A stretch of 64,000 nucleotides of DNA from a virus: IMG/VR virus record IMGVR_UViG_3300035661_000042, positions 17,133 to 81,132 of that record. One strand, written 5' to 3'. Both the position numbers and the translations under genes were made by a program. The first letter of the stretch is position 1. Each line of letters opens with the position of its first letter. Shown one piece after another: positions 37,317-46,045 of this stretch. The notes under the pieces are model-generated. The model was given only the letters and a program-made list of their open reading frames with translations, did not search any database and was not told where the DNA came from.

Positions 37317-37865
37317 TTACTGAACAAGTCCGTACCGGCGAAGCATTTCAACCAGCTTCAAAAGGTGCTTACACATTCCAGGAACTTGGTCTGGATTGAC
37401 TGGTGGACGATTTGTCTTGCGTTGATACAATGGCGGCGGTTTCCCGACAAGTGATTTATCCTGTGCATTGTAGTTTGCAAAGCGGTAGTGGAAGTCCAAA
37501 CAGTTACAACGCACCTTGACTGTATGTCCGGTAAGTGCAAGCGGCTGGACGTGATAATCCTCTCCATCACTCGCTTGGAACGTTGCATTAGATTCGGTAT
37601 CTTCCGGTTCGAACTGAACCTTCATAAACTGCAACGCTTGTTGGTACTGATGGCCGTTACTGGCTGACAAAGACTTGACGTGCAACATCTTCATACCAAT
37701 GTACGGCATATACTGCACATTAGACACAACAACTTCACCGGTTGCATGCTGGCGCTTGCGGGTGTTAGGGAACGCTTGAACAATGTTTTGTTCCAAATCA
37801 GGAACGGAAGAAGCCTCTTCCAATTGTTGAAGGATACGTTCCCCACGAAGTAAAAAGAAGGTCAT
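37317..37865 (-). CDS. SWIM zinc-finger protein
   Basis: VKVRCNCLDF...GMCKHL fits the CxC...CxH SWIM signature. Confidence 0.75.
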   Translation of the reverse strand: MTFFLLRGERILQQLEEASSVPDLEQNIVQAFPNTRKRQHATGEVVVSNVQYMPYIGMKMLHVKSLSASNGHQYQQALQFMKVQFEPEDTESNATFQASDGEDYHVQPLALTGHTVKVRCNCLDFHYRFANYNAQDKSLVGKPPPLYQRKTNRPPVNPDQVPGMCKHLLKLVEMLRRYGLVQ

Positions 37866-39655
37866 GATAGAGTTGGCCTTGCTGTGATTAAGTCAAACTG
37901 CGTTGTAGGTCCATTAGTTACGCCCTCTGCACGAACATTGATTGTACGTCCCGAGTTATTCGTGCTGGTTGCGTTACCAAAGTACTTAATCCCGTCGATC
38001 GACACCTGAACGCCTGCGGGTCCAGACCGAATGCGCAATGTGCGAGCAACGGAAGATACAGCAGCAGGAATCGCAACAGTAGTTACGCTTGCACCAGTGT
38101 ATGGCTTAACTTCTATGCGGCTGTTTATTGCATTAGTTGTATTTACCACCCGAACAGTCGTTCCTGTGCGCAGTGAATCATCGTACAAGTTTCCTGTCAA
38201 TACGGGTGATGTTGTTACAACAAATGCGCCATCATTTGCTGTTTGGAGATTGAACACAACAATAATTTCAACGCCCGCACCAGGAATAACACCCGACGAG
38301 TGATATGACCATGAATCATATCCATCAAATACCACCGTACCCCCAGAGAGGGTTGTTGGATAAAAGTTGGAATCGCCAGATAGGGCAGGAACACCTGCCC
38401 CTGTGTATCCAACCCACACTGCCCCAATTTCGCCTGTATGAGAACCTGAGAATGGGTAGGCAAGATATCCAGATCCTGTAAATGTGTCTTGAAGAATTAA
38501 CGGTGCACTCACATTAACTGGGGTGTATGTAAGTTCCGCAGGAGGACACGGAACAGCCCAACCAGGATGAGTAAACATACATGGCATACGGGCGCCGATT
38601 GGGTTGTTGACATCAGGAACGCCAGCACCAAGACCGTTATCGTAATCAACATACCACGCCCATTTTGTACGCCACGCGTCAAAGAAATCAATATTCTCAG
38701 CAGTAGCTGAAGCATGGTATAAAGACCCAGAGCCACCGCCTGACCATCCAACATCAATTTCATTGATCGTACCGGCCAGCAAACCTGCAACGGCAGGTGT
38801 GTAACTACCGCCCGCTGTTTCTACAAATCCGGTGACACTTGTAGCTGTCCCGGTGAACGTTTCCGTCGCCACAACCACTCGGTTAAATACAATCTCCACA
38901 ATGATTTCAGCAGAGTTTAGAGGATTGATGCCAAACAGAGCACCCGCAAGTGTATCAGCAGCTGTGGCGGTTGCCACATCAGTCGTTACGTCAAATATTC
39001 CAAAGTTGAACCGACGAACTGATACACCTCCGGAAATATATGGGACTACATTTGGTTGATCATTCCATAGCGTGTAGTTGCTATACGCTATCAATGGATT
39101 TGCACGGGTTGGATTGTTATCAAACCACTGTTCATATAAGATCGGTAGATTATTGTTAATTGCTTGAATGTACGGAGATTTAGACCACGCTGCCGTAGCA
39201 GCCATGCCTGGGAACGTAGACAGGCCTGGCGGCATCAGAATCGTTCCAGCACCATTTCCACCTTTGCCTGCATACCAAGCACCAACCACAGGATTTGTCA
39301 GTTGATAGAGGGCAACATAGTTAGTTGTTACAAGATTAGAGCCTGGGGAGTATATCCCGTAGTCGAGAGAAAACCCCGTATATGGCCCTGACACACCCAA
39401 GTCGGTAAATACGCCGAGGTTCGTGGCTGGTAATACTGGCGGATTAGTCCACACACTTGGATCACCACCCAAATTGACATTCATGCTTACACCATCAAGC
39501 GTGTCGTCATCGAAAAATGTGGGGACGCCTGGTACAGGGGTGAATGGAAGAAATACACCCGTTGTCCACGGGAACGGTGACAGGTAATATGGTGGACACG
39601 GACCAGCAACAGTCCGTATGGCCCAATACGGACCGAATGTAGCTTGTGATAGCAT
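37862..39655 (-). CDS. Putative virion/receptor-binding protein
   Basis: Late promoter at 39679; Pro/Gly/Thr-rich; C-terminal domain starts LQDTFTGSG like 11007..11684. ATG 39655 preferred over TTG 39673. Confidence 0.6.
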   Translation of the reverse strand: MLSQATFGPYWAIRTVAGPCPPYYLSPFPWTTGVFLPFTPVPGVPTFFDDDTLDGVSMNVNLGGDPSVWTNPPVLPATNLGVFTDLGVSGPYTGFSLDYGIYSPGSNLVTTNYVALYQLTNPVVGAWYAGKGGNGAGTILMPPGLSTFPGMAATAAWSKSPYIQAINNNLPILYEQWFDNNPTRANPLIAYSNYTLWNDQPNVVPYISGGVSVRRFNFGIFDVTTDVATATAADTLAGALFGINPLNSAEIIVEIVFNRVVVATETFTGTATSVTGFVETAGGSYTPAVAGLLAGTINEIDVGWSGGGSGSLYHASATAENIDFFDAWRTKWAWYVDYDNGLGAGVPDVNNPIGARMPCMFTHPGWAVPCPPAELTYTPVNVSAPLILQDTFTGSGYLAYPFSGSHTGEIGAVWVGYTGAGVPALSGDSNFYPTTLSGGTVVFDGYDSWSYHSSGVIPGAGVEIIVVFNLQTANDGAFVVTTSPVLTGNLYDDSLRTGTTVRVVNTTNAINSRIEVKPYTGASVTTVAIPAAVSSVARTLRIRSGPAGVQVSIDGIKYFGNATSTNNSGRTINVRAEGVTNGPTTQFDLITARPTLS

Positions 39656-39704
39656 ATGTGACCTTTGTATCAATCACATATTTATGCAGCTACACATAAG
39701 TCCT

Positions 39705-40208
39705 TTACTTGACAAGGTTATGGTCAGACACGATGATCTCGTGGAACTCACCAAGCATCGGAGCTTGCAGCGCATTGTAGTGCTGACGAACAGCCGATTC
39801 AGGCACGACCTTATCACCGCGAGTAGTGCGGCGCTTCAACAGTACATCCAGGCTGATTGGCATCAGCACAGCAACCGTCTTGTAGCCGTTCTTACGAGCA
39901 CCTTCCAAGTACATCTTACGGCGGCGAGCCGACAGATTCGTATTGTCGATATACATCGTACGACGTTCCTTGACCTGGGAATGAAACCGGGCATTCGCCT
40001 TTGCTTCAAATCCCTTATCGGCAACAGAGCCTTCGTACGCCTTGTGGTAGTCATCAGTATCGTACCATTCGTGACGCAGCGCGTCCAGAGAGAACACGTT
40101 GATATCAGGAATGGTTTCGCGCAACTTTGCCAAGTACGTGCTTTTGCCACATCCGCTTGGACCCACGGGCATATACATAACAGGAACTGACATGTGGTCA
40201 TTACTCAT
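39705..40208 (-). CDS. P-loop kinase (AAA_33 / polynucleotide kinase-like)
   Basis: GPSGCGKST, SLDALR, YIDNTNL..RRR, R...R..K.VP. Start ATG 40208 overlaps the end of the HNH gene. Confidence 0.85.
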   Translation of the reverse strand: MSNDHMSVPVMYMPVGPSGCGKSTYLAKLRETIPDINVFSLDALRHEWYDTDDYHKAYEGSVADKGFEAKANARFHSQVKERRTMYIDNTNLSARRRKMYLEGARKNGYKTVAVLMPISLDVLLKRRTTRGDKVVPESAVRQHYNALQAPMLGEFHEIIVSDHNLVK

Positions 40209-40692
40209 TTCGCTTTTCCTTCCACCATAGGTAGATTTGTTCAAACTCGTCAAAAGTAGCGTCCGTTTTGATATTATTTGCTCGAAAGGAGATGTAATGG
40301 ACATTGCCCTTCACGTATCCTCTTGAACTATCAAGTCGGTCCAGGCTTCCTTGATGAAGTTCCGATATTGTCCCAGTTTCTTGACCCAGAGACAACGGAA
40401 CATTCAAAATCGGACATATCCCTGTCCAAATATCTTGAAGGTAGACTAGGTCAAGGTCAAACTCCCACCCATTTTCCTTGGCTCGTTGACGTGCCTTTTG
40501 CAGAGAAAACTTTAGCGAACCGGACCGTCGACTGGCAACAGTTCTCGCCTTTTCACGTTGCTTGTATTCATCAGTGTGACGAAGGGCTCTATGCGTTGAT
40601 AGGAATCGTTCTCGGTTATTCTCACGCCATTGTTTGGCGGCAGCGTTTAGACGTTCTTTGTGTTTCTCACGATAGCGTTGACTTGGTGTCAT
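40201..40692 (-). CDS. HNH-like (putative homing) endonuclease
   Basis: Basic helical N-terminus; CPILNVPL...SLDRLDSSRGYVKGNVHYIS.RAN.IK. Confidence 0.78.
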   Translation of the reverse strand: MTPSQRYREKHKERLNAAAKQWRENNRERFLSTHRALRHTDEYKQREKARTVASRRSGSLKFSLQKARQRAKENGWEFDLDLVYLQDIWTGICPILNVPLSLGQETGTISELHQGSLDRLDSSRGYVKGNVHYISFRANNIKTDATFDEFEQIYLWWKEKRNE

Positions 40693-40737
40693 AATGTATT
40701 CCTCCGATAGACGTATTTATCGGGAAGTACATCCACC

Positions 40738-41379
40738 TTACCTTTCGCCATTATCTGGCATGCGTACCGTAGCTGCTAACTCCATAAATTTAGATACCCA
40801 ATCATCAGCCATTTTGACTTTCGCAGGCTGGTCATCAGAAAACCGGCCGTATTGATCAGCAAGCAAGTGACGAACAAACACTTCTGCACCACAGTAGTGG
40901 TTCGCAGTCAGTGCAAGATTGCGACGCTTTTCCTTGTCTTCAACAGACCAAGGCATGTGATGTTCAATGATGAACGACACAGTTACGATGTCTTGTGCGG
41001 AGAACAGCGGAAAACGAGCAGCAGCATACGTCTCAAACAGCCGTGCAGACAACAGTTCATGACCGTGGTAAGCACGGTAATCGCCACGGGCTTCGCTGTG
41101 CTTCTTGATTTCAGCTGCCGGCTTGCCCGTATCGTGAAACAGTGCTGCCATTGCGCCGAGGTAGTCAAGGCGCGACCACGGTTCAGAGTAGTGTTCGCAG
41201 TTTGCATCAACCATGCGAACATACTGGTCAACAACCATCATCGTATGAACGAATACGTTCTCTTCGCGATGCCAAGGACTATCCTCAACGGTGCGCTTCA
41301 TCCGCTCGAACATAGGAAATTGTGCCAAGGCATCGCGCTGGCCGAGGAAAGTTGAGCGGTAATCGATCTGGTGTTCCAT
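40738..41379 (-). CDS. HD-domain phosphohydrolase
   Basis: SPWHREENVFVHT, ALFHDTGKP, YHGHELLSA, IEHHM, LADQYGR. Start moved to ATG 41379 because ATG 41406 overlaps the -10 box. Confidence 0.88.
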   Translation of the reverse strand: MEHQIDYRSTFLGQRDALAQFPMFERMKRTVEDSPWHREENVFVHTMMVVDQYVRMVDANCEHYSEPWSRLDYLGAMAALFHDTGKPAAEIKKHSEARGDYRAYHGHELLSARLFETYAAARFPLFSAQDIVTVSFIIEHHMPWSVEDKEKRRNLALTANHYCGAEVFVRHLLADQYGRFSDDQPAKVKMADDWVSKFMELAATVRMPDNGER

Positions 41380-41404
41380 ACATGTATCCCTAAAAGTTAC
41401 CCTC

Positions 41405-41433
41405 ATAGTAACCGAAACACATTAAAAAGTCAA
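41405..41433 (-). promoter_or_regulatory. Sigma70-like promoter TTGACT-N17-TACTAT
   Basis: -35 box overlaps the terL TGA stop; exact 17-nt spacer. Confidence 0.72.
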
Positions 41434-42992
41434 CCCATTACAATACCGTATCCGTTGTCCCTGTCGTCGTACTCACTTGGTGCCTCGGTAATGTATGCGT
41501 GTGAGTACAGTTTGTCGTACGCGTCTTGGTCAAATGTTGAAATCTCTTCAAGCAGACGGACAACGATCAATGAAGCCATGATCAAGTCGTCTGTACTACC
41601 AGTCTTTGCAGCATAAGAACCCTTTGAACGAACAAAGTGCTTCATCTCTGCAATCAGTGCTTTTGACCTGATCTTGATGCTGTCACGCTCAACCATTTCC
41701 TTGAATGTCATACATGCTTTGATCTTTGACTTGCCAGTCGTCGTCATTCCCTTGCGCTTCTGACCTGTTTCAGAGACAAATTCTGCTGTTTCAGGTGGAT
41801 TTTCATCTGCTTCATACAGCGCCATGATTCCTTCGCCGACCCCGTTGTTTTCAACGGAGAAGTACACCGTTCCCTTTGCTTTCTCAAAGATGCGCAGTAG
41901 CTTTTTGAGCATGTGGTAGCCAGTAACGGATGACATTGTGTTGGAGCGGAACTCTGCAATCTGCTCCAATGCAGGGAAGTCGTACACAACTATTGTCGTA
42001 AAGTCGCTCCCTGACCCCGTAGCAACGTCCATTCCAATCAGGTACACAGTATTCGCAACAGGTTCTTTGTAGAATACAATCTCTCCTGATACGCCGATCG
42101 GTTTGATCCGGTCTACAATGCCTGTTAGGTTTGCCAGGACAACGGTGTCTACCAGCAACGGATCGCTTGATAGGAATTGACATTCATATTCCTGCTTCCA
42201 GCGAATTTCACCAATCTTTGCAGTTTCAGCATCCTTAAACTTTTGATCACGGCCTGGTGGCTCATTCCACATGATTTCAATGGGAGCAAAGTTGTTGACA
42301 CCAATCTTTGGATTTTCTGTCGAAGGAATGTTCGCACCACGCCACAACTGCGCAAATCTGTTCGTATCGCCGTTTGGCGTAGAACAGATGATACATCGTC
42401 CACCGGTTGCAAGTGTAGGTGAAACAGAACCCCAAAACTCTTCCGCAACGCTGTCTCGTACGAATGCAAATTCGTCCAGGAACAGCAGTGAAATTGCAAG
42501 ACCACGACCAGTATTAACAGACGTTGCTTGCGAGATGATACGGCTTCCGTTATCAAACCCTACACTGTGCTTGTTCCATCCGTCTTCCATCAGGCCTGGC
42601 TTTAACCAGTGTGGAAGACGCTCGTAGATGAACCGGACGCGGTGGATCATTTCCATTGCGTTGTCGTTCTTGTTTGACGCAATCACCACCGTTTGTTCAA
42701 ACTTAAACATTGCAAACCAAAGCAGGAACGCACCTGCAATCCACGACTTACCAATCTGCCGTGGTGCTAATGCAATCGAGAGTCGGTTGTCAGCAAACGT
42801 GCGGACAATATTTCGCTGGTACGGACGCAAAGAGAACGGAATTGAGCCTTCCGTTGCTGTTTGAATCTGGCAGTACTTGTCAATGAAGTACTCTGGATCT
42901 TCCATGCATTTGGAAAGCTCCATAACCTGCTCAGCAGTATATTCATACTGCTCGTTCGCACGTTTAAGAAATGGGTTTTTGGATTTGGCCAT
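41430..42992 (-). CDS. terL: Terminase large subunit (T4 gp17-like)
   Basis: [31 protein letters not shown], nuclease motif IGMDVATG...DDL; no intein. Alternative start ATG 43010. Confidence 0.95.
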   Translation of the reverse strand: MAKSKNPFLKRANEQYEYTAEQVMELSKCMEDPEYFIDKYCQIQTATEGSIPFSLRPYQRNIVRTFADNRLSIALAPRQIGKSWIAGAFLLWFAMFKFEQTVVIASNKNDNAMEMIHRVRFIYERLPHWLKPGLMEDGWNKHSVGFDNGSRIISQATSVNTGRGLAISLLFLDEFAFVRDSVAEEFWGSVSPTLATGGRCIICSTPNGDTNRFAQLWRGANIPSTENPKIGVNNFAPIEIMWNEPPGRDQKFKDAETAKIGEIRWKQEYECQFLSSDPLLVDTVVLANLTGIVDRIKPIGVSGEIVFYKEPVANTVYLIGMDVATGSGSDFTTIVVYDFPALEQIAEFRSNTMSSVTGYHMLKKLLRIFEKAKGTVYFSVENNGVGEGIMALYEADENPPETAEFVSETGQKRKGMTTTGKSKIKACMTFKEMVERDSIKIRSKALIAEMKHFVRSKGSYAAKTGSTDDLIMASLIVVRLLEEISTFDQDAYDKLYSHAYITEAPSEYDDRDNGYGIVMG

Positions 42993-43021
42993 GCAGGTAT
43001 TTACCCGCATAAAAGGTAGGG

Positions 43022-43456
43022 TTACCTTTTGGTCTTATCGAGGAGTGCCCGGAGGATCTCGTTCCGGTCAGCAACAATCAGGTTATTGTTGGTTGTATGT
43101 GTAGCAGTTCCAGGAATTGGAGTTAGCTTATCTTTGTGCATTTTTAGCACAGACTTTTCACGAACAGCACCAAGAGCTACGTTCAACATTGTTGCTGTCA
43201 CTTCACCCATTCGTGCTTTGAACTTACCTTCAACGCGTTCGAGTTCATCGCTGATAACGCTGACTTGTCCCATTGCAACAGTATAAATCTCTTCCAATTT
43301 GACTTCAATCTCGTCATCTTTCGCATCGTACGTAGGCATTGACACAACTTCTGCTGGGAGTACTTCTTTGTACTCAACCATTGTTGTACCCGACTCAATG
43401 TCAAAGATATCTTCCAGAGGATGATCGACGAGCTTTTGTTGTGTGGTAATGTTCAT
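43022..43456 (-). CDS. terS: Terminase small subunit (gp16-like)
   Basis: Directly upstream of terL; AR..EV...ML and [14 protein letters not shown] motifs. Confidence 0.7.
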   Translation of the reverse strand: MNITTQQKLVDHPLEDIFDIESGTTMVEYKEVLPAEVVSMPTYDAKDDEIEVKLEEIYTVAMGQVSVISDELERVEGKFKARMGEVTATMLNVALGAVREKSVLKMHKDKLTPIPGTATHTTNNNLIVADRNEILRALLDKTKR

Positions 43457-43890
43457 TTGAAAATCGTCTTCTCTGTGATGATTCGAAACGATATATTTCG
43501 AGCCTTACAAAACGACTGGGCCGCTTGCCACTTTGCAACATTAACAGCAAACATCAGTTGTTCATACAGAGCATGTTTGTGGTTTTTGCGCGGTGCTTGT
43601 GTTTGAGCTGCTGGCTTAACCTCAATGATTTCCTGTATGATTACGCCATCTTTGTTGATGTATTCTACCCAGTAATCCGGATAGTATTTATGCACACGAT
43701 TGTCAGTGGGTTTCAAGTATGGAATTGCTATTTCTTCGCTTGACCAGCGAAGGACTCGTTCGTTTCCATCAAAAAACTTGTGTGTTGCAAGTTCATACGA
43801 CGACATAAACCGAATCTTATCCACATCACCAACATACTTGTGTGGATTGATTGGAGTATATTTTCCTTGGGAAAACCTACTGCCAGCCAT
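43453..43890 (-). CDS. gp4: Head completion nuclease (T4 gp4, TnsA-like)
   Basis: QGKY.P.NP.KYVGD, WSSEE..IPY, YYPDY, EVKP..QT, KW.AA, F.IITE. Confidence 0.9.
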   Translation of the reverse strand: MAGSRFSQGKYTPINPHKYVGDVDKIRFMSSYELATHKFFDGNERVLRWSSEEIAIPYLKPTDNRVHKYYPDYWVEYINKDGVIIQEIIEVKPAAQTQAPRKNHKHALYEQLMFAVNVAKWQAAQSFCKARNISFRIITEKTIFK

Positions 43891-43892
43891 GA

Positions 43893-45335
43893 TTAACCAC
43901 TACCACCAAACGGAAGGCTCGTAATCGCTTTACTGAATTTCGTTCCAAGATCAGCAACAGATGCAACAGCGGATTTACCCAAGCTGGCAACTTGATTAGA
44001 TGCATTTTTAAGAGGTCCAAGCAAGTCTGCTGCTGATCCACTTGAACCAATGTTAGTAACTGCGTCAATTGGACTATTACCCTTCGTTGCATTCCCGTTG
44101 TAGCGAAGAGGATACACTCCACCACGTTGTGTTTGTTTGAGGTTATACTTATTGGCAGATGCAAGGGATACATCTGGATCAAGGAATACGCTGTCATAGT
44201 TGAACGTGAGAGATAATTCTGACCCTTCGTTGCCAACAGACATGTCCAATTCATCCAAATTTAGCGCAGAGATTCGTGGGTTGAAAAAACGCCAAACATT
44301 CATCCGATTGCCGTTGTCGAATAGGTGATAGATACGAATTTCACTGAATACTTGCTTACGATCATTAACCAACGTTCCTGATGAGGCTGCATACTTACTT
44401 GCTGCAATTTGGTTAATGATTTGATTAGCGCTTAATGTATTGTCAACGAAATCCATACCTCCCTGTTCCAGCATATCTGACTGGGCTCCTGACGCTTCAA
44501 TTCCAGTGATTGGTGACATTGCTCGCATGTATGAGTGATAGAACCGTGTACCAACATTCATTGTATCATCGTGAAATGACATGTTCATTTCATCAAACTC
44601 TGTCTTTGTAACCACCTTGGTGCGGAAGTTGTAATAGTTCACATCTTCGTGGTGAAACTTGATATTTGGACGTGACGATCGCTTGACAGTAAATGCCATA
44701 TCAAGTGGACCAAAGTCTTGATCGCCAAGTGGGCCGTATCCTGCATCGGGAATAAATTGGACAACAAACAAGAACTTGAATTTAGGAGCACGTGCAATCA
44801 GGTCAACTGCGTATGGAGAAGCCTCGCAATGTTCACCAAGTGCTGTTTGTGCATCACCTGCGCCGGGGGTAAAAATATTGCGCCCTAACCGCTCTAAATT
44901 TTGAAAGTCTTGTAGTGCAGAAGGAATATCAGTGGTCTTGAAATTTCCCGCCTTAACTTTGGAGTATACTTGTTTTGCCTGTCCATATGCTTGATTTGCA
45001 ATCGCTGGATTCAAAGGACGCAACATATTAACCACTGTTGGTGCAATTCCTGTTTGTTGCAGGACCCAGTTTGCACCTGTGTCAATTGATGTTCCGATAG
45101 ATGTTGGAAGGGCGCCGGTTCCAACACGAATTGAGTTTGAAATGCTGTTAAGATTACGCAGTCCCTTGCCTATATTCCCGCCGCCAATGCTATTCAACAC
45201 TTGCAGGTCACCAATCTTCCCTATGGAGTTGAAGAAGTCGCGACGGTCAGCAGTCGAACCTGCAATTCCTGCTCCACTCTTTTGTAGATAAGCAGGTTCG
45301 CATTGTTTGACAGTATAGGTACGTGGATCAGCCAT
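43893..45335 (-). CDS. Baseplate/tail-tube-like protein (gp48/gp54 class)
   Basis: Tube-fold motifs PKFKFLF.V.F, VK...RP, NYYNFR, F.NP.I...DELD, ...F.YD; adjacent to gp19. Confidence 0.6.
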   Translation of the reverse strand: MADPRTYTVKQCEPAYLQKSGAGIAGSTADRRDFFNSIGKIGDLQVLNSIGGGNIGKGLRNLNSISNSIRVGTGALPTSIGTSIDTGANWVLQQTGIAPTVVNMLRPLNPAIANQAYGQAKQVYSKVKAGNFKTTDIPSALQDFQNLERLGRNIFTPGAGDAQTALGEHCEASPYAVDLIARAPKFKFLFVVQFIPDAGYGPLGDQDFGPLDMAFTVKRSSRPNIKFHHEDVNYYNFRTKVVTKTEFDEMNMSFHDDTMNVGTRFYHSYMRAMSPITGIEASGAQSDMLEQGGMDFVDNTLSANQIINQIAASKYAASSGTLVNDRKQVFSEIRIYHLFDNGNRMNVWRFFNPRISALNLDELDMSVGNEGSELSLTFNYDSVFLDPDVSLASANKYNLKQTQRGGVYPLRYNGNATKGNSPIDAVTNIGSSGSAADLLGPLKNASNQVASLGKSAVASVADLGTKFSKAITSLPFGGSG

Positions 45336-45380
45336 GTTAATTCCTCTGGGTAACGTACTTATTTATGCACAGCAAACACT

Positions 45381-45411
45381 AAAAGAAAAGCACGCCGAAG
45401 CGTGCTTTTCT
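45381..45411 (-). terminator. Rho-independent terminator after the tail tube gene
   Basis: GCACGC-TTCG-GCGTGC-TTTTCTTTT. Confidence 0.88.
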
Positions 45412-45427
45412 ACAATCGTGATCAGGC

Positions 45428-46018
45428 TTAACCGATCTTACCAGCACCACCAGAAGCGATGCCTTGACCTTGCGCATATCCACCAATATTCTGGCGTGCG
45501 TGATCATAGCTGATTGACATAACAATTGTTACTGGGTCAGCTGTTGAGTAGTCAAGTTCTGTCCAGTCAACGTTTTCAAACCAGCAGCCTTCCATTGTCC
45601 AGCGCTCGGTAACTTGATCGTTGCCGTCAAGCATTTCGAGATATGTAACAAACTTGTAGATTGAACCTTCACCAGCTGCTGCAAGCCATTGGCCTTCTGC
45701 ACCAATCAACCACTGTTGCTTTTGCAGTTGTGCTTGAATTACTTGTGAAGCTGAACCTGTGACGTCGTCCTGAACTGTGAGAGCCATTGGATCCCACGAG
45801 TGCTTTCCTGCAACATACGACACAGAGTTGTAACGGTGAAGTTCAACTTTTGCGAATGTCAACTTTGGACGATTGATGTTAATCGCTTGCATTGATACAG
45901 GTTGGCTGTCAGTGCCGCCGCCCATATTAGCAAACGTTACACGCCAGCGGTTTTTTTGCTTTGGATGTAGGATACCTGAACCTACGCCTGGGATGCCGAT
46001 ATCGTTGATTGTGCTCAC
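45428..46018 (-). CDS. gp19: Tail tube protein (gp19-like)
   Basis: PKQKNRWRV.F, RP, YNS..YVAGKH.W, LDG, W..EGCW, LDY, I.YD.A; follows the sheath gene. Confidence 0.88.
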   Translation of the reverse strand: MSTINDIGIPGVGSGILHPKQKNRWRVTFANMGGGTDSQPVSMQAININRPKLTFAKVELHRYNSVSYVAGKHSWDPMALTVQDDVTGSASQVIQAQLQKQQWLIGAEGQWLAAAGEGSIYKFVTYLEMLDGNDQVTERWTMEGCWFENVDWTELDYSTADPVTIVMSISYDHARQNIGGYAQGQGIASGGAGKIG

Positions 46019-46045
46019 ACTTATCTCCTTGTATGGCTATTTAGA

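Noticed and set aside
25659-37323. Plus-strand cassette as an actively invertible segment
   Set aside because: No matching inverted repeats at the two ends and no recombinase gene in the window.
40199-40753. Group I intron or ribosomal bypass joining HD and kinase
   Set aside because: There is almost no non-coding sequence for a ribozyme core, 550 nt is far longer than the known 50-nt T4 gene 60 hop, and the kinase has its own start.
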